Shown here: piece after piece, positions 8,055-15,578 of the stretch
Layout: the number at the start of each line of letters is the position of its first letter
Numbering within the stretch: position 1 is the first letter of the stretch
Origin: an uncultured Rickettsiales bacterium
GTDB lineage: Bacteria > Myxococcota_A > UBA796 > UBA9615 > CAYRNR01
Assembly (NCBI GenBank): GCA_964542165.1
Contig: CAZITQ010000003.1
Location: forward strand, 12,451-76,450
DNA: 64,000 nt
Direction: 5' to 3'
The notes under the pieces: generated by a model
Seen by the model: only the letters and a program-made list of their open reading frames with translations
The model's database searches: none
Told to the model about the DNA's origin: nothing
Position numbers and translations under genes: made by a program

Positions 8055-9680
8055 TCACCGGCGGCGGCGGATCCCAAGCAGGCCGAACAGGGCGAGCAGA
8101 GCGGTCGCTGCCGGAGCGCGACGACCGTCCATCCGACAGTCGCAGCCGGTGCCCTCCTCGTCGCCGGCGCCCCCGGTGTCGTCGTCGTCGTCATCGTCGT
8201 CGTCGTCGTCGTCATCGGCGATGGCGTCGCCGCATGAGGCCGAGTAGGTGTAGGGCACGCCGCCCTGTCCCGGGTCGGCCCCCGAGTCGCCGAGCACCGA
8301 GACCGCCAGGACCGCCTCGGTCACCGCGCCGCCGAAGTCCGCGACCTCGGCCGTGGCGATGCCGTTGGGGTCCACGGAGAGCTCCTCGAACCAGACCTGG
8401 CCCCCCTCGGTGGTCAGCAGGGTCACGCCCCAGGTGATGGCCTGGCCGGCGTTCTCCACCTCGCCGTCGAACATCAACTCCAGGGTGTCCGCCGTCGCCG
8501 GCGGCTGGAAGCGGATGAAATTGGAGCCGTATGCCTCGGGCAGGTACTGGTCCGGCGCGCCGTTGACCGGGTAGCTGTCGTGGGCCGTCATCCACACGTC
8601 GTCCAGCACGTCGGACTCCTCGAGACCCCCGCTGGCCAGGGCCACGGCGAACGCGGCGAAGGCCTGATCCAGGGAGCTGCCCACGCCGGTGAGGTAGAGG
8701 TCCATGGCCGCGAGGGTGTCGTCGTTGTACGCGCACTGTTCCCAGGTGGCGACCACCGCGGTGGCGCCACCGTAGTTCTCGGCCAGGAACATGGCCCACA
8801 GGACGTTGCCGTACTCGTGCCACCCGTCCTCGAACGCCAGCGCCTGCTCCGGGTAGTCCAGCCACCCGCCGTCGTTGGTGTACTCCAGGTAGCCGTTGAC
8901 GTCGTCGAAGACCAGATCCTCGGCCCAGGTCGCGGTCGCCTCCATCCAGAAGTCGCCGGCCCACCAGTTGTAGCCCGACTGGATCCCGTGCTGGAACTCG
9001 TGGGCCGCGGTGATCTGGGCCGACCCGGTGTGGTCACCGGTGAAGCTGTAGTCGGCGTGGACCACCACGTACGGGCAGTCCGTTTCGTAGTGATCCGCGT
9101 ACCCGTAGACGTCGTCCTCGATCTCGGGCACGTCGTCGCCGGTGCTGCCCATGTAGACGTCGAAGTAGTACTGATCCGTGCACGGGGGCATGGCGAAGCC
9201 GGTCTGGTCCACCTCCACGTCCCAGGCGGTCTCGAAGTAGCCCAGGTAGTCGTCGATGGTGCCCTGGGGCACGCCACCGTCGTTGCCCACGATCACCGAG
9301 AAGTTGTCCGATGAGTAGGTGTCGTAGCGCAACGGAGTCGGTTCGAGGAGGTCCTCGATCTGCGCCAGGTTGGCCTCGCTCAGCCACGGCGCGGCCTTGC
9401 GGGCCGCGCGCACCATCGGGGTGCCGCAGCGCACCGGTCGTTCCTCGTCCGCCGGTGCCACCAGCACCGAGGGGATCCGGGAGCGGTCCGTGACCCGGAA
9501 CAGCCGGTACATCACGTACTGCTCGTGATCGATGGCGCCGTCCTGGTAGGCCGCGTCGATTCGCTCCAGCGTGGTCGTGGGCCGCAGCGGGATCGCCGCC
9601 GCGCCGCCCGCGAGCCAGACGGATAGGACGGCCGCGCACAGGGCCAGCGTCAGGGTGCGATGGGTTCCAGCAGTGGCCAT
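8055..9680 (-). CDS. Secreted HExxH zinc-metalloprotease-like protein with MYXO-CTERM-like sorting tail
   Basis: ATG 9680 is preceded by GGAGGTGATC. Signal peptide LALCAAVLSVWLAGGAAA. AAHEFQHG (HExxH) motif. C-terminus is GTGCDCR..APAATALLALFGLLGIRRRR. Confidence 0.65.
   Translation of the reverse strand: MATAGTHRTLTLALCAAVLSVWLAGGAAAIPLRPTTTLERIDAAYQDGAIDHEQYVMYRLFRVTDRSRIPSVLVAPADEERPVRCGTPMVRAARKAAPWLSEANLAQIEDLLEPTPLRYDTYSSDNFSVIVGNDGGVPQGTIDDYLGYFETAWDVEVDQTGFAMPPCTDQYYFDVYMGSTGDDVPEIEDDVYGYADHYETDCPYVVVHADYSFTGDHTGSAQITAAHEFQHGIQSGYNWWAGDFWMEATATWAEDLVFDDVNGYLEYTNDGGWLDYPEQALAFEDGWHEYGNVLWAMFLAENYGGATAVVATWEQCAYNDDTLAAMDLYLTGVGSSLDQAFAAFAVALASGGLEESDVLDDVWMTAHDSYPVNGAPDQYLPEAYGSNFIRFQPPATADTLELMFDGEVENAGQAITWGVTLLTTEGGQVWFEELSVDPNGIATAEVADFGGAVTEAVLAVSVLGDSGADPGQGGVPYTYSASCGDAIADDDDDDDDDDDDDTGGAGDEEGTGCDCRMDGRRAPAATALLALFGLLGIRRRR
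8178..8216 (-). repeat. (GAC/GAT)13 trinucleotide repeat encoding Asp13
   Basis: The plus strand reads gtc x5, atc, gtc x6, atc. It lies just upstream of the C-terminal sorting signal. Confidence 0.9.
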
Positions 9681-9813
9681 GATCACCTCCCGGGTACGGA
9701 GGGCATGGTACCAGCGCCTGGCGAGATTGGGTGCAGAACGAGTGGGAGAGAGGGTGCGTGGCCTGCGAGAAACGCACCCTCTCTCCACTCTCAAAAAAAG
9801 ACGCTATCGAACA

Positions 9814-11022
9814 TCACCCCTGGGTAGACGATTGAACCCCAGGGGATCGGGACCTCTCTTCCAGCAGCTTGCGCAGCGTGCGCAGCCGTTTGCCGTTGCG
9901 GCGGTACCGCTCCACGACGACCTCGTGTGTCTCGTCGACAGACCCGAGCGCAGGCTCCTCCTCATCGATGTAGCGCGCGGCTACATCGCGGAACTCGGTC
10001 TGGACTCGCACGAAACCCTCGTACATGGTCGGATCGAAATGGGATCCCGCTCCCTCCTCGATGATGGCGCACGCCTTCTCGTGGGAGAACGGTTCCTTGT
10101 AGGGTCGCTTGGACGTCAGCGCGTCGTACACGTCGGCCAGGGCGACGATCCGCGCCGACAGCGGGATGTCGTCCTCCTTGAGGCCGAAGGGGTAGCCGTC
10201 GCCGTTCCACTTCTCGTGATGGCAGTAGGCGATGTCCCGCCCCATCTGCAGGAATGAACGGTAGTGCAAGCGGGACTCGATCTGCCGCAGCGTGTCCCCG
10301 CCGATGACGCTGTGGGTCTTCATCACGCGCCACTCTTCCGCATCCAGCTTGCCCGGCTTGAGCAGGATGTGGTCGGGCACGCCGACCTTGCCGATGTCGT
10401 GCAGCGGCGCCGAGCGCCACACATCCCACACGTATTCCTCGGTGATGTACCCGACGTACAGCGGATGGTCCGCGATCGCGGTCGCCAGCAGGCGGGAGTA
10501 CTCGGCCATCCGCTCCAGGTGATTGCCCGTATCCGAGTCGCGGGACTCCACGAGCTTGGCCAGGCCGAAGATCGCCACGTCCTGGGTCTCGCGGATCTGT
10601 TCGTCGGGGGCGTTGGCCGCCTGGAAGATGTGGTCCTCGAGGAAGCGGATTCTCCGCTGCAGGGTGGTGCGCTCACCGCTCCAGCGCAGGGCGTTGAGCA
10701 GGTCGCTGTCTCCTACCTCGAGCGAGGCCATCCCGCCCTTGCTGTCCGGCGCCAGGGGCGTGCCGTTGCGGCGGACCAGCAGGGACAGGTCGGGGTTGAT
10801 CTTGCGCAGGGTGACCCGCAGCTCCTCGGCCGTCCTCGGGTCGAGGCCGCTGGCCAGGACGACGTCGAGGGGGGGTTCGGTGCGCGCGAGCACCGAGCGG
10901 GCATCGTGACTGCTGCGGACCGTGGTGACCGTGTGACCCTCGGCTTCCAAGGACCGGACGAGTCCGTCGTCCTCGTGTCCCTTGGTCTGTACGAGCAGCA
11001 CCTGTTGGCGGCTCTGGGCCAT
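9814..11022 (-). CDS. Response-regulator receiver + HD-GYP domain protein (c-di-GMP phosphodiesterase type)
   Basis: N-terminal receiver-like domain (VLLVQT...DVVLAS). HD-GYP motifs HDIGKVGVPD and HHEKWNGDGYPFGL. RBS GGGAGGA. Confidence 0.85.
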   Translation of the reverse strand: MAQSRQQVLLVQTKGHEDDGLVRSLEAEGHTVTTVRSSHDARSVLARTEPPLDVVLASGLDPRTAEELRVTLRKINPDLSLLVRRNGTPLAPDSKGGMASLEVGDSDLLNALRWSGERTTLQRRIRFLEDHIFQAANAPDEQIRETQDVAIFGLAKLVESRDSDTGNHLERMAEYSRLLATAIADHPLYVGYITEEYVWDVWRSAPLHDIGKVGVPDHILLKPGKLDAEEWRVMKTHSVIGGDTLRQIESRLHYRSFLQMGRDIAYCHHEKWNGDGYPFGLKEDDIPLSARIVALADVYDALTSKRPYKEPFSHEKACAIIEEGAGSHFDPTMYEGFVRVQTEFRDVAARYIDEEEPALGSVDETHEVVVERYRRNGKRLRTLRKLLEERSRSPGVQSSTQG

Positions 11023-11075
11023 TGCTGTCCTCCCGCGCCCGCTTCTTGCGGCGCGTCAAGCGACTCACATAGGGG

Positions 11076-11102
11076 TTATCGTCGAGAAGCGATCGAACTT
11101 GA
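11076..11102 (-). promoter_or_regulatory. Candidate sigma-28 (FliA) promoter TCAA-N15-GACGATAA
   Basis: The minus strand reads TCAAGTTCGATCGCTTCTCGACGATAA. The -10 is identical to that of the flagellin-2 promoter. It lies about 50 nt upstream of the HD-GYP start. Confidence 0.4.
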
Positions 11103-11113
11103 TGGGAGGAATG

Positions 11114-11131
11114 AAAAAAACCCGGACGGGC
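11114..11131 (-). terminator. Weak intrinsic terminator after the OmpA-family gene
   Basis: The minus-strand RNA reads GCCCGUCCGGG followed by U7 directly after the stop. The stem is short, but a U7 run stands out in this GC-rich sequence. Confidence 0.35.
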
Positions 11132-12487
11132 TCAGGAGTCGGTCGTGCGGCGTGCCAGGATGAACGAGATGGTGTGGCGCTCGACCCGGCGACCCAGGGT
11201 GGAGACGAGGCCGTCCACCTCCCCCTCCTCGGGGATCTGGAGCAGGGCCGGTTCCACCCCGGCGTCGTCCGCCAGGAACTTGCGGGTCGCCACGGCGCGA
11301 CGGCGGGTCAGCTGGACGTTGTACTCCCGGCCTCCGCCGGGATCGCCGTGCCCCAGGACGACCACACGCCCGAGCTCGGGGTGGTCGTTGAGGTAGGCAC
11401 CCACCGCCCGGAGGATCTCCTCCGACTCGCCGGTGAGCTCGGTCTCACCCTCGCGGAAGGCGACGGGGGTCGCGAGCAGTACCTCGATGTAGTCGCCGTC
11501 ACCGCGGACCACCGCGCTCTGGGGCAGGACCACCACGGGTAGGGGGGCTCCGCCGGTCTCCACGTCCGGGAGCTCGGCCACCGCGGGCTGGGATTTCTTG
11601 AGCAGGCGGAACAGGTCGACCTGGAGGCCGAAACGCACGTCGGGGGTCCCGTACCCCGGCGCGGCGCCGAACCCCAGTAGAGCACCGACAGCGACGCCCT
11701 CGGCGGCCACGAAGTTCCCACCGAGACGCAGCTCCATGGGATTGTCCCAGCGCACGCCTTCCACCTCGCCGGCCCACGCGGCCGACACGCGCCAGCGCTC
11801 GTGCAGGCGTACTTCCACCCCCAGGCCGTAGGTGAACGCGGATCCCGCGGTCATGCCCGACCACTCGGCTGGAGGTCGGAATCGCGCCCCCAGGGAGGAC
11901 ACCACCCGCACCGGACCGGGCCGGGTCTCGATGCCGATGGAGGCCAGCCCTTCGACCACACCCGAGGAGGCGAAGGCCGCTCGCATGCCGGTCGGCACCT
12001 GCAGCGCCGGCCGCAGGACCATGCCCACCGGGAATCGGTCGGCGTCCAGGACGCGGAATGCGCCTCCGAACCGCAGGTCCCCGGGTCCCCAGGCTCCGAT
12101 GGGCGTGTCGGGATCGGGCCACCATCCGGACTGGTAGGCCACGAACGGCATCCCGGCCCACACCGAGATCCCCTTGCCCAGGGCCACCGCCAGGGTCGCC
12201 TCACCACCGATCCGGTCCCGGATCACCGGGTTCTCCCGTTCCGTGTCGGAGACCAGCAGGATCGGAGCGTGTTCTCCCTGGAACAGGAAGGAACCGCGGA
12301 GGGTCATCGCCGGATCGACGGTGGCTCCGCCGACCCCCAGGACGCCCCCGGGCAAGGGCTCCACCCGGTACCGCATGGAGTCCAGGGTCGGCCCGCTGGC
12401 GGCCCCGGCCGACCCGGCGATCGCCAGCGCCACCCCCAGGGCGAGGACCCACGGGAGCGCCCCGCTCCGCTCGCGTCGACGCATCAC
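11132..12487 (-). CDS. OmpA-family protein (N-terminal beta-barrel-like region + OmpA C-terminal peptidoglycan-binding domain)
   Basis: Signal peptide. The C-terminal region F..G...L..E....L...G.....VVLGHGD..G..EYN..L...RA......L is OmpA_C-like. The start overlaps the upstream stop. Confidence 0.8.
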   Translation of the reverse strand: MMRRRERSGALPWVLALGVALAIAGSAGAASGPTLDSMRYRVEPLPGGVLGVGGATVDPAMTLRGSFLFQGEHAPILLVSDTERENPVIRDRIGGEATLAVALGKGISVWAGMPFVAYQSGWWPDPDTPIGAWGPGDLRFGGAFRVLDADRFPVGMVLRPALQVPTGMRAAFASSGVVEGLASIGIETRPGPVRVVSSLGARFRPPAEWSGMTAGSAFTYGLGVEVRLHERWRVSAAWAGEVEGVRWDNPMELRLGGNFVAAEGVAVGALLGFGAAPGYGTPDVRFGLQVDLFRLLKKSQPAVAELPDVETGGAPLPVVVLPQSAVVRGDGDYIEVLLATPVAFREGETELTGESEEILRAVGAYLNDHPELGRVVVLGHGDPGGGREYNVQLTRRRAVATRKFLADDAGVEPALLQIPEEGEVDGLVSTLGRRVERHTISFILARRTTDS

Positions 12488-13461
12488 TTCATCTCCCCTC
12501 GTCCGCGGTGGGCGATGGGCCCGTCGTCGGACTCCTCGTGGGCCCCTGGGGACAGCTCCGGCAGGGGCACCGCGTCGAGCATCCGGATCGTCACGCTGTC
12601 CGTGTCGGTCACCGACTCGTCGGGCCAGGATGTGGTCGCCAGCACCAGGGACGGGTCAACGCCCACGATCTGGGCCACCAGCCTCCGCAAGCGCGCGGCT
12701 CGGCGCTGGGCCAGGGAGGCCTCCTCGGCGCTGCCGTGGACCTCGGCGCGGCCGATTCCGTCGGGCCCCTCGGTCCTCGCCAGCCGCTCCCGCGTGGCGG
12801 GCGACGCCCCGGCCGAGCCCCGACGCATGCCGGCGATGCCCACATCCACCCGAACGGAGCCGCCCACGGCGAAGCGGCTGAGCCACAGCCGGAGCACCTC
12901 CAGTCCGTCGTCCCGCAACTCGTGGCTGCCCTCGTGGAAGAGCAGGTCGTGGTCGAAGTGTCCCACCACCGACTCCGCCGCGGGTCCCACGGATCCCGAG
13001 TCCACGACCCGATCGCCGATGCAGATCCGGTCCCTGGGCAGGCCGTCGTCGTCCAGGGCCGGGAGCTCGAAGGGTGGCCCGGTCACCATGTGCCCGACGG
13101 CCCAGCCGTTTTCACCGAATCCGACCACCTTGACCCGTCCGGACTCCATCCAGACCGGATCGTCGCGGAAGGCCGCGTCACCGCGGACCGCGGGCACCCG
13201 ACGGTAGGCGATGAGGATGCTCCCCAGCTCCACCGCGTCGAGCCCCCGTACGTCCAGGTGGTAGACCGGATCCTCCCCGGCGTCGGGCGCCCCCGCCGGG
13301 GATCCGCGGGTGTAGACCCCCCCCCCCCCCCGCGCGGCCCCCGCGCCGCCGGCGAGGGGGTGGTGAGCCGCTACCGGGGGTGCGCCGCGGGGCCGGGCCG
13401 CTCTACCACGACCCGCGGCTCGGCCGCCGCTCCGATCGGGCAGGTGACGAGACAGAGCCAA
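12484..13461 (-). CDS. OmpA_C-like domain protein, apparently frameshifted at its 5' end (see findings)
   Basis: The body reads well from about GEDPVYHLDV. The C-terminus HGSAEEASLAQRRAARLRRLVAQIVGVDP resembles an OmpA-type PG-binding motif. A lipoprotein-type signal peptide with RBS sits in another frame at 13481. Confidence 0.5.
   Translation of the reverse strand: MALSRHLPDRSGGRAAGRGRAARPRGAPPVAAHHPLAGGAGAARGGGGVYTRGSPAGAPDAGEDPVYHLDVRGLDAVELGSILIAYRRVPAVRGDAAFRDDPVWMESGRVKVVGFGENGWAVGHMVTGPPFELPALDDDGLPRDRICIGDRVVDSGSVGPAAESVVGHFDHDLLFHEGSHELRDDGLEVLRLWLSRFAVGGSVRVDVGIAGMRRGSAGASPATRERLARTEGPDGIGRAEVHGSAEEASLAQRRAARLRRLVAQIVGVDPSLVLATTSWPDESVTDTDSVTIRMLDAVPLPELSPGAHEESDDGPIAHRGRGEMK
13317..13331 (-). 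repeat. Homopolymeric C15 tract (G15 on the coding strand, encodes RGGGG)
   Basis: 15 consecutive C counted on the plus strand. Confidence 0.95.
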
Positions 13462-13477
13462 CCCAGCAACAAGCGTC

Positions 13478-14053
13478 TCACCTGAACGCTACCTCCACTC
13501 CCCCGTGCACGTGCCAGCCCCCCAGGTCCATCCCCTCCTTCGTCCTCCACTTGGCCCAGCGGTGTCCCCCCTCCAGCGTGAGGTACAGCCCCTCGAAGCG
13601 TGGGTGGGGCGCCATGGAATACGTGGTCTCGGGCGTGAGCAGGATCGAGAGCCCCCCGCCGATCTGGGCCCCCGGTTTCACCCCGTGGACGAGCTCTCCG
13701 GCGGATTCGCGGTAGAAGGTCCACAGCGGTCCCGCCACCACATAGGGGATCACCGGTTGATGGAGCTCGACCTCCAGCCGCCCTTCGATCCGCAATCCGA
13801 AGGTACCCAGCTGCATGCGCGCGACATCCGTGGACGGCAGGGCATCCTCCTTGAGCAGGGCGGTACCCTTTCGCCAGCTGTACGAACCCTGGAGGCCGAT
13901 CCCCACGGCGGGGAGGGGCCGCACGACCACCTGGGCCCAGATCTGAGGGGCCCCGGGTTTCGTGTAGACCGTCTCGACCTCGGGGGACCGGGTGCCCGAC
14001 CAACCCCCGCTCAGGGTCAGGGCGACGCAGAGCAGCTCGGGCCAGCCACTCAT
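13478..14053 (-). CDS. Hypothetical small outer-membrane beta-barrel-like protein
   Basis: N-terminal hydrophobic signal. Alternating hydrophobic pattern. Terminal ..GGVEVAFR. ATGA and GTGA overlaps with both neighbours. Confidence 0.5.
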   Translation of the reverse strand: MSGWPELLCVALTLSGGWSGTRSPEVETVYTKPGAPQIWAQVVVRPLPAVGIGLQGSYSWRKGTALLKEDALPSTDVARMQLGTFGLRIEGRLEVELHQPVIPYVVAGPLWTFYRESAGELVHGVKPGAQIGGGLSILLTPETTYSMAPHPRFEGLYLTLEGGHRWAKWRTKEGMDLGGWHVHGGVEVAFR

Positions 14054-14595
14054 GCCTGACTCCTGGCCCTCAGCTGCTGGCGCTGGATCCGGAACACCAG
14101 GTCCACCAGCTGTCGCTTGACCGACTTGGGCGGGTCCACGAAGGTGAAGCCCAGGAACTGCCCGTCCTCGAGGTTCTGGCGACGCACCAGGCGCCCCTCC
14201 ACCTGGACCGGCCTCTGGCTCGGGTCATCGGTGCAGCGGATGATCAGGGGAACTTGCTCCCCGACCTCGCAGGGGGCCTGACCGTAGAATCCCACACCGC
14301 CCTCGGACAGGCTCACGTCACGCTCGGCAACCTGCTGCCGCTCGGCCAGCTGGCCCACCACCTCGAGCAGCGAACCCATGTACTCCACACAGCTGTCCAG
14401 AGCCTCGGTCAGGACCGGCTGGGCTTCGGGTCGGATCCTCAAGATGCTCTCCACCATGTCCGCGTGCCGCGTCCGGAGCGCGAACAGGGGATCCTCGTCC
14501 AGGGGGGTGTCGAACGGACCGACGGACACCCGGGCCTTGAGGCTCACCCGGAAATGCCTTCGCTTCTCGCTCGCGCTCTCTGTGTTCGAACTCAC
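14050..14595 (-). CDS. PilZ domain protein (c-di-GMP receptor type)
   Basis: GTG start after GGAGGAATTCC. RRHFR (RxxxR) motif near the N-terminus and a later DVSLSEGGVGF (xSxxG) motif. Confidence 0.7.
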   Translation of the reverse strand: MSSNTESASEKRRHFRVSLKARVSVGPFDTPLDEDPLFALRTRHADMVESILRIRPEAQPVLTEALDSCVEYMGSLLEVVGQLAERQQVAERDVSLSEGGVGFYGQAPCEVGEQVPLIIRCTDDPSQRPVQVEGRLVRRQNLEDGQFLGFTFVDPPKSVKRQLVDLVFRIQRQQLRARSQA

Positions 14596-14619
14596 GGAAT
14601 TCCTCCAGCGACAGCGCGC

Positions 14620-14635
14620 TGCAGGATTCGGGCCA
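14620..14635 (-). promoter_or_regulatory. Candidate sigma-54 promoter TGGCCC-N5-CTGCA upstream of the PilZ operon
   Basis: The minus strand reads TGGCCCGAATCCTGCA with correct GG-N10-GC spacing, about 25 nt upstream of the GTG start. Confidence 0.45.
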
Positions 14636-14687
14636 GAGAGAAACCAGCCCCCGTCACGGAAAACTGGCGTTCTACCGTCGAGAAATC

Positions 14688-14701
14688 GTCAGGGGTTTGA
14701 C
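14688..14701. promoter_or_regulatory. GTCA-N6-TGAC palindrome (candidate enhancer/UAS)
   Basis: gtcaggggtttgac lies about 55 nt upstream of the -24 element. The same palindrome type occurs upstream of the other two sigma-54 promoters. Confidence 0.45.
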
Positions 14702-14817
14702 GGGAACGTCAGGAGACCGTCCCGTGTCGGGACTCGCGGGAGCGGTTCTGCTGCGAGTGCGCAGCGCTCGTCTGCAGCAACCGCGACCTCTGACGCGGCG
14801 AGCGCAGCTCGTCCGCG

Positions 14818-15192
14818 TCAGAGCTTCTTCTGGAGGGTCTGGGCCTTGTGGTGCGCCTGTTGCCCGCCGTAGGCCCGCAGGGCCCGGTTGCACATGCGCA
14901 GGGAGTGGATGCGATCGTCGAGCTCCTCGAGGCGGCGGTGCGCCGTCTGACGGAAGAGCGCCGCTGCCTCTTTCCAGGCACGGAACGCCGCCTCCTCCGC
15001 GGGGGTCGGAGGGCCGTGCCTTCGCTCGGCTGCGGCTCGAATCGCGCGGTCGCTCAGGTGGAGCTCCGGGGCCATGCCCGCCAGGCTGTCGTCGTCCGCG
15101 ACGGCCACCGCCTGGGACAGGCGCTGGAGCTTGTGGGTCGCCGCCTTCAGCAGCTCTTGCAGGTCGCTGTCAGCTCGCGCGGGCAGCTCCAT
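14818..15192 (-). CDS. Hypothetical helical protein downstream of fliS (possible FliT-like chaperone, by position only)
   Basis: ATG 15192 is preceded by GGAGGACTCCT. All-helical, charged sequence. No motif recognised. The ORF track extends it to 15237. Confidence 0.4.
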   Translation of the reverse strand: MELPARADSDLQELLKAATHKLQRLSQAVAVADDDSLAGMAPELHLSDRAIRAAAERRHGPPTPAEEAAFRAWKEAAALFRQTAHRRLEELDDRIHSLRMCNRALRAYGGQQAHHKAQTLQKKL

Positions 15193-15577
15193 AGGAGTCC
15201 TCCTGGTAGATACGCACGGCCTCGTCCCAGGTGTCACGCAGCTCCACGAGCTTTTTGTGCAACACCTCGAGGTCGGCTTCCATGGGCCGTTGGTGGGCGT
15301 CGAGCATCACCCGCGACAGGTAGGTGTAGTGCCGGAACAGCTCCACGGCCACCGAACCGCCCGTCTCGATGCTCAGGCTCTCCTGGAGAGCGACCACGAT
15401 CCGGCGCGCCCGGAACAGCTCTTCCTTGCGCACCCGCGGATCGTCGCTCTCCATCGCCCGCTCCATCATGGAGACCGCTCCTTCGCACAGCTCCACCAGC
15501 AACTGCTGCGGACTGTGGGTCTCCAGTGTCGTGCGCTGATAACTCTGCAACTTCGATGCCATGGGGTTGGCGTACAT
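15170..15577 (-). CDS. fliS: Flagellar export chaperone FliS
   Basis: SPQQLLVELCEGAV, ..IVVALQESL..E.GG.VA.EL...Y.YL...L and LRDTW match the FliS pattern. Position after fliD. Confidence 0.85.
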   Translation of the reverse strand: MYANPMASKLQSYQRTTLETHSPQQLLVELCEGAVSMMERAMESDDPRVRKEELFRARRIVVALQESLSIETGGSVAVELFRHYTYLSRVMLDAHQRPMEADLEVLHKKLVELRDTWDEAVRIYQEDSYGAARAS

Positions 15578-15578
15578 C

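Noticed and set aside
14640-14660. Alternative sigma-54 reading CTGGTTTCTCTCTGGCC upstream of the PilZ gene
   Set aside because: The -12 element is TGGC rather than TTGC. The adjacent TGGCCCGAATCCTGCA fits much better.
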